Positions 54,795 through 64,000 of a stretch of 64,000 bases of DNA are shown here, one piece after another. The notes below the pieces were generated by a model that had not been told where the DNA came from, ran no database searches, and saw only the letters and a program-made list of their open reading frames with translations. The translations under genes were made by a program, and so were the position numbers. Source of the DNA: the human T2T-CHM13v2.0 reference genome, Homo sapiens; NCBI GenBank assembly GCA_009914755.4, contig CP086569.2, positions 7,488,001-7,552,000 of the forward strand. Reading direction: 5' to 3'. The first letter of the stretch is position 1. Each line of letters begins with the position of its first letter.

Positions 54795-55832
54795 AGTCCC
54801 CTCTCTAAACAGGAAAACCAAAGTGCTGTTGGGGAGGTTGGACAGAGATGGCTCTTAACTGCTTCCTGTTGAATTGGGGTGTAGTAGGGGTTGTGCAGTT
54901 GAGATTTCCTCAGGAGTGGTGCCTTTAATGTCATTAACATCAGATCATGGGATAGCAGGCCAGTTCAGTGGTCCAAGATAGATCTTAGTCATGGACTGCA
55001 TCTGGAACTCCATTTGAAGAATGATTAGTAGTTTTTACAGCTTCGATTCTGGAAGAGAAAAACTTAACAAGATGGTTAAAGGTACAGGGATTGAAATGTA
55101 TGGCTTGAAGTGCAGGGGATTGTTTCTTAGGTACACTTCACAGGCCCTGACTATCTAACTGATAGTTTTGAAAAGGCCTGGTCCAGTAAATAATGATTTG
55201 GTCATCTGATGGATGCTATCAATGCCTAAATGAAAGGTTAGGTGAAAGGTCTGAAGTAATTTCCATTGGTTAGCTGCAGGCAAAATTATTTTTTCTTCTT
55301 CAGTGGGTAGCCATCCTAAAGGGCAGAAACTATGTCATCATGAGGTTCCCCATTGTATTTCTTCTGCTAAATACTGGGGCTTGATTTCCCAGAGGGGATT
55401 ATCCCATACTATGGGTCCTTCTATAAACATTTCTAATGAAGTCCCACATTGGGGCTCTTTTGCCTTCAATATCCGCATGGCAGTCCCCTTCTATTTCCTT
55501 TTTCTTTCCTTTCTGATGACCCTGGCAGTGTAAGAATGCCACCTCTTTAGTTTTCTCTACAGCCAATAATAATCTCCTAATGGTTTTCTGATGTTTGATA
55601 GGTATTCCCTTAGAAGTTAGGAATTCCCTTTCTTTTCATATTGCTGCGTGGGCATGGAGGACTAAATGGGTATTAGCTTTCTGAGTTTCTTTAATTAGTG
55701 TGTATAATGGCCTGGCTATTTCACTGTACCTGGGAATCAATATTCAGCAGAAACCTGATAATGCAAAGGAACCCTCTTAATTGATCCAGGGTTTTGGGAT
55801 AAGCATAAGGAAGTATAGGCTGTATGGATTCC

Positions 55833-56266
55833 TCACTGAGGACCCTGGTGGCTTTGGATAAATTTTAGCCCTGAGTATTTAATCTGGTGCAAACACAGCT
55901 GAGTCTTTGGTTTGGAAATCTTGTAGCCACAGGTGGCAAGGAAGTTCAAGAGCATGTGGGTGGCTTGATGGCACAAGATTTCTGAACGGGTGGCTAAAAG
56001 TAATTCTTCCACATACTGAAGGACAAGAATGTCCAAGTATGAGAACTGTCTCAAGTCTTGGGTTAATGCCTTGTCAAATAGATGGGGCCTATCCCTGAAA
56101 CCTTGGGTAAAACAGTCCAGGTTAGTTGAGACATTGGATTCAAAGGATCTTCAAAGGCAAACAAAAATTGAGAGTCAGGATGTACAGGGATGAAGAAAAA
56201 GGCATCCTTGAGATCCAGGACTGTAAACCACTCACTTCCTCTGGTATTTGGGAAAGTAGAGTACAA
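55833..56266 (-). pseudogene. pol: HERV-W pol reverse-transcriptase remnant (palm motifs; YVDD mutated to YVEE)
   Basis: Minus ORF 56063..56266 contains [37 protein letters not shown]. Minus ORF 55833..56054 contains FSYLDILVLQYVEELLLATRSE. Confidence 0.75.
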
Positions 56267-58984
56267 GGGTTAGATGCATCTGAGTATAGATTGACAATGG
56301 CCTTATTGATAATCCTGAGATCTTGCACTAACCTCCCCTCTCCATTTGGTTTTTGTACTCCTAAAATTGGAGCATTGTTGGGACTATTGCATGATTTTAC
56401 CAGGACTTGGGCTTTTAGGTCCTTAACATCTTCTGGAGTCCTTGTTGAGCCTTGGGTCTAAGGGTTTACTGCCTTTGGTAGGGAAAGGAGGCAGAATCTT
56501 TTCATTTAACTTTAATGGGATGGACAATCTTTGCTTGTCCTTTTTGTACTTCTGTTGCCCAGACTTCAAGATTAATTCCCTCTTCAAGTAAGGTACAACA
56601 AATGGTGTACCTAATCGAAAGACAAGTGAAAGCTCTGTGAGGGTGACGGCATGGGCTTCCACTTGCCCCAGGCACCGTCATTCCTGCTGCTAGATCATCT
56701 GGTTAATGTCTTCTGACTCAGAGGATTTTTGTCACCTGGGGCAGTGGTTTTCCAGTGATTCCCTTGACATAAGGCACTTGGATGAGGGGGAGCTTATTTC
56801 TATTCAGACAATCTTTATTAAAGTGTCCTCATAGACTGCACTGGAAGCAAACCCTATTATGCATTTGATTTGCCCAGGCTTTCCCTGTTCCAGAGCCTCC
56901 AAAGTCCACTTGCCTGAGGACCATGACTAAAGTGGTGGCCTTTTATTTATTTATTTATTTAAATCATGTATGTCCCATTCTGCCTGCTCCTCCTGATCTT
57001 TATTATAAAAAAACAGAGGTTGCCAAGTTCAATAGTGTTTCTGAGTTTTTCTCTGGGCCTAAGGCAGACTTTTGTTTTTTTTTCTAATATCTGCAGCTGA
57101 CTGAGTGATAAACTAATCCTTTAAGATTAGTTGGCCTTCAATAGAGTCAGGTGACAGAGTAGTATGATTGCTCAATGCCTCCATTAGTCTCTCCAGAAAG
57201 GCAGTAGGATTTTCTTCCTTTCCATTTGTTATAGTGGACATCACTGAATAATTCACAGGCTTCTGCCTAGTTTTCCTTAGTTATTCTAACATGCAAGCTA
57301 GCAAATGTCTGTGGCACCACTTTCCATGTTCTGATTATGCATTCCAATGAGCATCCACACTAGGAACTGCCTGCTGGCCTGTGGGGAATTGTTCTCTTTC
57401 CTCTGTTATCATCCTATCATTGACATGACTGAGATACCAGAGGTCACCAAACTCTCAGGCTGCTGCTATGGAGGCACTTATTTCATTTAGGGTGAGTGCC
57501 TGATCTAGTAGTAACATTATGTCTCTCCATGTAAGATCAAAGGATTGCCCTAACCCTTATAAAACATCAGTAGTGCCATCAGGGTTATATGATAATTTGC
57601 CTAGGTCTATTTTGACTTGCTTTAAGTCTGAAAGGGAAAAAGGTACAGATACTCTGACTGCGCCGAATTCTCCAGTATATATCATAGGGGCATTTTTGAC
57701 TTGGGGGGAATGATTCTCATCAGAAAAAAGAACACAGGGATGCCAACACCCCTAGTCATTTTCTGATAAGCGTTAGTTCCTAGAGCGTCCTCTATGGTCC
57801 TAATGCTTATTCCTTTACAGGGTGCATAACGACACATGGACCTCTGTTTCTCAGATTAGCGATGCTCACTGATGTAGCAGTACTGTACCCCTTTTCCCAC
57901 CTTTCTTGACCACAAAGAAATGGGTCTGGGTTGCTGGAATCCAGCGGTCCTTTAACCAGCATGCCCAACATTGCCTTTGTGCTCAGAGGTGAGTTTCTAT
58001 CCAGGGTGTGTAACCACCCATGGACCTCTGCTTATCAGATTAGTTATGCTCACTGATGTAGAAGTTCTGAACCCCTTTTCCTGCCTTTTTTGACTGCAGA
58101 GAAAGGGAACCAGGCTGCTGGATTCTAGTGGTCCTTTACCAGCATACCCAACATTGCCTTTGTACTCAGGGGTGAGTTCTAGAGCTAGGCTGAGTTCCTG
58201 AGTATTTTATAACAACCCAGTTGCCCAATCAAGATGCATTCCCATAAAGAGTTCTTATGGAAATTCGCTTCAGAGAGGGTGTAGGTAACCTATTTGAGTC
58301 AGGATTGAGATAGAGTTTTTTGATTATGTAAGTACTTTAAGACTTGGCTGAGTGCAAACAGCTTGCACGTTTGAGCAGACCAGTTATTAGGTAGTTCTCC
58401 TAACTCTGTTTCCACAATTACTGAATACCCATTGTGTTTTTTTTTTTTTTTTTCTCAAACACCTGGGATGAACTGTCTATCTTCCTGTCCTGAAGGGAGT
58501 TCCTCCTAGATGTGGTCGGATCTTTGTAAGGTAATTAAAATTTAAATCCTCTGTTACAAAATCTGCTGGGTTAAGAGAATTTTCAGTGGTTAATGTTAAA
58601 TCACATTTATCTACCAGAATAGCCCCATACTTTAAGATTTGTGAGTTAGTAAGTTAACTTTTTGCTTTTTTTTTTTTTTTTTGATTTAGGATAGCTCTGA
58701 ACTGGTGAGGTGTTCTCACAATGAGGTTTGCTCTAAAGGTTATTTTTCTACTTTTAGCAAAGCAGTTGCTTATACCAGCTGAATGCATTTGGCCCATCCG
58801 TACATTACTAGGTTAAGGATTTTTGATAGGAAGGCTACGGGTTGTCAGTGGTCTAAGTGTTTTCAGGCTATGCCCTTGTTTATACTGACAACAAGGTAGA
58901 ATTGGAGAGTTATAGGGTCATGGAGAAGACCTTCTATTATCAATTATAGGTTTTAAATTTAGCCTGTCTTTTAAAATAGGGCAC

Positions 58985-59265
58985 ACTGTTTTTTCTTTAC
59001 TACTTCTATCTTTCTCTTTCTCTCTTTGTCTCCCTCTTTGTCTCTCTCTCTCTCCTATCTCTCTTTCTGTCCTCTCTTTCCACTGTTTCTCTCTCTCTCT
59101 CATCGCTGTCTCTCTCTCCTTTCTGTATCTCTTTGTCTACTCTCTGTCTCTCTCTCTTTCTGTGTCTCTCTCTCATTCCTCTCTGTTTCTATCTCTCTTC
59201 TCTCTCTCTTTTCTCCTCTCTCTCTCCTTTCTCTCTTTGCAGATGGATTTTGGAAACACAGTAGA
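58985..59265. repeat. Polypyrimidine (CT-rich, (CTCTCT/CTTT)-type) tract of about 280 bp inside the HERV-W 5' internal region
   Basis: Direct reading (tctttctctctttgtctccctctttgtctctctctctctcc...). The Arg/Glu/Lys-rich minus ORFs 58918..59103 and 59100..59288 are its translations. Confidence 0.9.
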
Positions 59266-59830
59266 AGTACAGTTGCTTGTTGCTCCAATTTGCCACTATA
59301 GGAATATGTGCCACCCTTTAATTACTCAATTTGGGAAAGAAAGTGAAAGTCTGAAGCATTAGTATCTAGGAGGCAGGGATCAGAGGAAATAGATTCAGAG
59401 GTAATGAGAATTTTGTTGATACATTTTCAAGAAATCATGGTCAGGACCCAGGAGGTATTGGTCAGGAGAGGTAGGGGTGCATGCATGGGTGACTGCTGAG
59501 TAGAGACTTCTGGATGTGAAATGATCTTGACCAACCAATGCCAGGAGTTTGGGATGACAGTTTTCTGCCTCTAGTTGATCCTCAGCTTCCCCAGGATAAT
59601 TGTGAAAGTGGAAGCTGGTTCCAGGCAGACCAATGCTCCCAATGCAGAAGGTTGGGGGTTATTAGAAAGCCTTTTCCCCAAAAGCCTCACACCTGAGTCT
59701 TTAGTCTGGCAGCTATGCTAATTGTTTTTAACCAGCCGAGAGGTGCCCAGTATTTTCTTCCAATTCTAAGAAAGGATAGGACAAAACAGCAAGTGAAAGT
59801 GGTCTGATATTACTCGCCTCTTTGGAAAAG

Positions 59831-59848
59831 CCCCATATGGGTCACCAA
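59831..59848 (-). promoter_or_regulatory. Primer-binding site of the minus-strand HERV-W (TGGTGACCCATATGGGGC; first 9 nt as in a tRNA-Trp PBS)
   Basis: Read on the - strand, the LTR end ..aacattt is followed by ggtgacccatatggggc. The 5' half matches a Trp PBS and the rest is diverged. Confidence 0.5.
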
Positions 59849-59849
59849 A

Positions 59850-60626
59850 TGTTACCAGTGGGTCTTTGTTCATAGAGTTCCCAGGATGGTGGGGGGCCAC
59901 TGCCAAGATGGGGCGGGCTGCTCCCAAGATGACAGCAAGCCTTTTGTTCTCTGACCTGGGTTTGTTGACCTTACAGATTCCAAGGAATGGAACTTTGGGC
60001 CATGTGGTGAGTTTTATAGCTCTATTAGAAGCCATGGGTCATGGAAGAGAACCATCAGACCCAGTGACTAGTGTTCAGCTAGATTAGGATGAACCCAGGC
60101 ACTTAGCCATGCAGAAACAATGATGAGCCTGTCGCCCAATCAGGAGTGGCAATGGGATCCTCACTGGATCAGGAGTGCTGTGAACACCCTGCTAGATCTA
60201 GGGAGATGGGATTCAGCAGTGGGTATGCAATGATAGCATTCAGTAGTGGTGGATGGTGAGCAAAAGCTCAGCTCCAGCCAGAAAACAGACCAGAAGACCG
60301 TGTACTTACAAGATTTAATAGAGTGAAAACAGAGCTCCCTTACAGTGGGAGAGGACCCAAAGGGGATTGACACCCCCACTCTAATGCTTTAGTTTGTATC
60401 CCAATAATTGTCCATCCCCTTGTGCTCTAAGGTGATATATGATTTCACTATTTCTTTACCTCCTGCTTTTGCCTAATTGGCATTTTATTGAGCCCTCTTT
60501 ACTAATTGATTGGTAAGGTGTGAGCTGAGTTACATGCCCCATGTTTAAAGGTAGGTGAAGTCACCTTCCCTAGCTAGGATTGGGAATTTCTTAATCAGCC
60601 TAGGAAATCCAGCTAGTCCTGTCTCA
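59850..60626 (-). mobile_element. 5' LTR of the minus-strand HERV-W provirus (LTR17-like, 777 bp)
   Basis: tgttaccagtgggtctttgttcatagagttcccaggatggtgggg...ggaaatccagctagtcctgtctca. It is homologous to 54010-54794 and 33249-33914. Confidence 0.75.
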
Positions 60627-60644
60627 TATTATCACAGCAAACTG

Positions 60645-60960
60645 GAAAGGAAAGTGCTTTTTACTGAAGATCTGAAACAAGACAATTATGTCAACTTTTA
60701 CAATTTGTATTCAACAGAGTACTGGAAGGCCCAGAAAGATCATTTATGCAAGATAAAGAAATAAAGCACATCCAAATAAAAAATTAGAACATCAAAATTT
60801 CTCTGTTTGCAGATCACATGATTGTCTCTATAGCAAACCTAAAATACTGCACTAAAAATCTTGAGAATTAATAAAAAATTCGATGAAGTGGCAGAATACC
60901 AAATTAACATACAAAAATTAGTAGAAGCAGGGTTTTTTTGAGATAGAGTCTTGCAGCAGA
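60645..60960 (+). mobile_element. Old L1 ORF2 (RT-region) fragment
   Basis: ..QDKEIKHIQIKN*NIKISLFADHMIVSIANLKYCTKNLEN..KI.. aligns to L1 ORF2 ..[47 protein letters not shown].. Confidence 0.55.
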
Positions 60961-61081
60961 AGCATTTTGGTATGCCACCAATAAGTCGTCTGAAAAAAAA
61001 ATTAAAGAAAAAATATTTAGAAGAGCTATAATATATGTTTTACTTAATTTTAATTTTATGTTTGTGGAAAGGGTCACCTTT

Positions 61082-61391
61082 GTTTGTTTATTTGTTTATT
61101 TATTTATTTTTGAGACAGAGTCTTTCTCTGTCACCCAGGCTGGAGTGCAGTGGCATGATTCCGCTTCACTGGAAGCCCCACTGCCCAGGTTCACGCCACT
61201 CTCCTGCCTCATCCTCCTGAGTAGCTGGGACTACAGGTGTCCACCATCACTCCTGCCTAATGTTTTTGTATTTTTAGTAGAGACAGGGTTTCACCAGTTA
61301 GCCAGGATGGTCTCGATCTCCTTACTTCATGATCCACCCACCTCAGCCTCTGAAAGTGCTGGGATTACACGCGTGAGCCACCGCACCCAAC
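61082..61391 (-). mobile_element. Alu element, - orientation
   Basis: The tail (tttgtttatttgtttatttatttatttttgagacagagtctttctctgtcacccaggctggagtgcagtggc...gctgggattacacgcgtgagccaccgcacc) explains ORFs 61035..61414. Confidence 0.9.
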
Positions 61392-61439
61392 CAGTTCAAC
61401 TTTATTTGTTGTAATTCGGACATACAGCACTCTCGCTCC

Positions 61440-62000
61440 AACCAATTTGGTAAAAAGACTGTTTCTTTCTCATTTTGAGTGATAGAGACAGGAGCTAGTC
61501 AAGGGGCTTTTTCTCATTTTAAGTAATGGAGACATGGGATAGTCAAGGGAAATTTTTATTTTGAGTGATGAAGACAGGAGATAGCCAAGGGACCTATTCT
61601 CTTTTTGAGTGATGGAGACAAGAGATAGTCACAGGTCCTGGCCAAAACTCCATCTTCAAGCTTAAAACAGCCTGAAGCCTGAAAAACTGGATAGCTTGTT
61701 TCACACTCACCCTTTTCTAATCTCTTCTCACTGAGTAATATCTACCTCTACATTGGGAAAAGGAAGTGGAGACATTTAAATTCACACCTTTTGGCAGGGC
61801 AGGAGCCTGGACTTTTTCGTTGGCATGTGGTGAACTAGCGTTCATCAACCTGTGAAAAGGGGCCTATTAAAAGGAGTCCCACTCACTTTGCTGACAGGTT
61901 TCTTTCTCTTTGTTTGTTTGTATTTTTTTCTTTTTGCCCAATAAATTTTATTCTTCCCCCTTCAGTGTGTCCTTTAGCCTATTAACTCCTGATCATGTGA
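61440..62000 (+). repeat. Unclassified LTR-like element: 4 tandem 42-45-bp subrepeats (61456-61640), then a TATA-like sequence (cctattaaaagg) and AATAAA (cccaataaatttta)
   Basis: The subrepeat ttttgagtgat[ag]gagaca[ga]gag[ca]tagtcaagggg occurs four times. The downstream signal arrangement resembles an LTR U3-R. The family is not identified. Confidence 0.3.
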
Positions 62001-64000
62001 CAAGATCCTGGTTTTAGCTTTCCAAAAAACAAATAATAATAAAAAAAAACAAAATAAAGAAAAGAAAGAAAAAAATTTCTAAAACATTTCAGTGTCTAGA
62101 TGTGGGGCTTGAGGAGGGGTAATAGGTATACCAAAAAAAAAAAAATTATATTTTGTTTATAAGACTTTTCATCCTTGGATTTCTCCTGAGGCTAGAGGAA
62201 ACTGCACCACCTCACCCCACAAGCCCCAGGCACATCCCATGGAGAGATGTATGGTGGCCCTCACCCTTATCTCCTCTGGGATGGAAAATGCCAAGCATTC
62301 ATGGTGTCTACCCCTTCACTGGCCAAGGGATTCAGTCTCCTCTAAAAGCAATTGTTTTTCTCTCTGTTGATAAAAACCATTTGCAGAAGAATGAATATTT
62401 TCTTCCCTCCCCTACACTTTAGACTTTCATTTTTGTTTTTGTGTCTTTTATTGTTTGTATTGTCTTATGGTTGTTGTTTTTCTTCACACTGTCTGCAGTT
62501 TCCTTTTAAATAAAAGGGTTTTTTAATTTTTCTTCATAGAAAATGTTTTGCTGGGATAAGACCCCAACGATCACTGCTTATATTCTTTGTACTGTTTTAA
62601 TCGTGAAAGGGTATTTTTGAGGTTGATCTTGAGCTGTGGCCAATCTGGCATGCTTTCTATGTGATTCTCTATGATTGTTAGAAAATTGTGCAGCAGGCCT
62701 CCATCTTGTTTTATGCTTTAGAAACATGACCTGTCACCAGGTTGTAATGTTTTATTTTGGCCTCTTCAGTTTTATGATGGTGGCCCAGGTTTAATTCTGG
62801 CTTAGGGAATGTGTCTCTTCTGGTTTCACATCAGCATGTGATTTTGCTATTTGCAGATTCTCTTCCCCTTCACAAACTACCTTAACCTTTTTTTCTCTGA
62901 GCACCTGGTAAGGTATCTCTGATAAAGTTTGAAAGCCAGAAATACTGGCTACTTGGTACTTCTTGCATCAGGTAATAAGCATGTAAAAGGATTTTCTTAA
63001 AGAGTACTCAACTCAATTAAAAGTACATATCCAAATAATAGGTATGGTTAAAAGACATATTTTTCTCTTCTGGGTTTTTGTTTGGCTGGGGAAAGGATTT
63101 TTCTCAGCTAACTGAATTATTTTTCTTTATTTGGGCTTGCCACTCTCCTGCATAAATGAGAGTCCAGTAATTCTATCAGGAAAATCGCAAATAAAAAACA
63201 TATTGGCTACTGGGTTTTCGTTTGCCAGTCTGTGTAGTTATATATGTGCTATGTGAGTGACATCTATAAAGAAGAGCTCTAATAAATTCACTTAAAGAAT
63301 GATAAGACCTTGGATCAAACATTTTCTGAAGGGAAGATAAAAGCTATATACCTTTAAGTTCACATGATTTTCATCTTAGAGACATAAAAACAGCCTTAAA
63401 GATGATAAAAAAAACAACAACACAAATGTCATCAATGTATGAGTAGGTGCACTAAATTATGCAGGTCAGATACTAGGCTTGCTAAATATTTTAAGGTTAT
63501 AAACTGATTTTTTGGTTTTAGAGAACAGTTCAACTTTGCTTTACAATTGGTAAGGCCTGAGAACAAATGGAATTAACCACACCCTTAAGCTGAAAGGAGA
63601 CAAAACCTTGGCTGCACTTAGTACATAATAACAACAATTTACCTGGCATTACATTAAAGTTAAAATTACTAGAATTTGCCATTACAACATGTAATCAAAA
63701 CCAATGGAAATATATTTACAAATGACTTAGATTATAAGAAGTCATGGTAATATAAATTCTTGGCTAGGCTTGAACAATTGTTTTGAAATAGATAAAATGA
63801 AGTTAACAGTTCAAACAAATTGTAGAAGTATTGTAAAACTAAATGATGACAAAGAAATTCTTCATGTGAACATTAATTAAATTCTAAAGGTATTATATGG
63901 AGATTTTGTAAATTAAACATTGAAATAAAAACAGCACAGTAGTCTTAATGCAATAATCTGCTCTTTAGCATAATTTTTGAAGAATTATTAAAAGTTTCTG

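Larger units (their letters stand above)
54010..60626 (-). mobile_element. HERV-W (HERV17 / LTR17-flanked) provirus on the - strand; both LTRs present; internal region only about 5 kb (deleted) and non-coding
   Basis: Two full LTR17-like LTRs (54010-54794 and 59850-60626) align to each other and to the HERV-W LTR in reverse complement. A primer-binding site TGGTGACCC.. (Trp-type start) lies next to the right LTR on the - strand. Internal minus-strand ORFs carry HERV-W-like RT motifs ([56 protein letters not shown]). Confidence 0.8.

Noticed and set aside
58918-59362. Arg/Glu/Lys-rich and Leu/Ser-rich ORFs
   Set aside because: Translations of the 280-bp CT/GA-rich tract.
54006-60630. 4-bp target-site duplication for the HERV-W provirus (ttat / tatt)
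   Set aside because: The two 4-mers are offset by one base and are low-complexity AT sequence, so chance cannot be excluded. I report it only as a possibility.
62150-62422. ORF 62153..62422 (89 aa, Pro/Trp-rich) as a possible gene
   Set aside because: No homology I can recognise and no splice or start context. The surrounding DNA is AT-rich, with interspersed-repeat features.

Overview
This window is primate (almost certainly human) repeat-dense genomic DNA. I find no microbial-type gene system and no intact cellular protein-coding gene. From left to right the window contains the following. (1) 1-9045: a class I (gammaretrovirus-like) endogenous retrovirus provirus on the + strand. It has a partial 5' LTR and a primer-binding-site candidate, decayed gag-pro-pol-env with a 623-aa open pol frame, and a 3' LTR with TATA and AATAAA signals that looks truncated in U5. 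(2) 9172-13480: an L1 insertion with the inverted 5' segment and direct 3' segment typical of twin priming, a near-seamless inversion junction, a poly-A tail and about 16-bp target-site duplications. (3) 13.8-25.9 kb: Alu elements, purine/pyrimidine microsatellites, two old L1 fragments, and on the - strand the terminal zinc-finger exon of a ZNF91-family KRAB-ZNF gene. That exon has an intact splice acceptor but frameshifts and stops, so it is a pseudo-exon; it abuts an L1 fragment at about 21652. (4) 25.93-52.84 kb: a roughly 27-kb tandem array of 65-74-bp monomers that I read as beta (Sau3A) satellite, with multi-kb higher-order periodicities of about 3 kb and about 11 kb. It is interrupted by two Alus and by a 4.2-kb non-satellite island (31.56-35.76 kb). 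The island is bounded by diverged direct repeats that contain CAG/CAA tracts, and it encloses a solo HERV-W-type LTR. (5) 52.84-54.0 kb: an L1 3' UTR fragment. (6) 54010-60626: a HERV-W (LTR17-flanked) provirus on the - strand with both LTRs, a Trp-like primer-binding site, an RT remnant reading YVEE in place of YVDD, and only about 5 kb of internal sequence. (7) 60.6-64 kb: an L1 ORF2 fragment, an Alu, an LTR-like element with four copies of a 42-45-bp subrepeat, and AT-rich unique DNA. A ZNF91-family pseudo-exon next to beta satellite and HERVs matches what has been described for the 19p12 ZNF cluster. Most small ORFs in the supplied six-frame track are translation artefacts of satellites and microsatellites.
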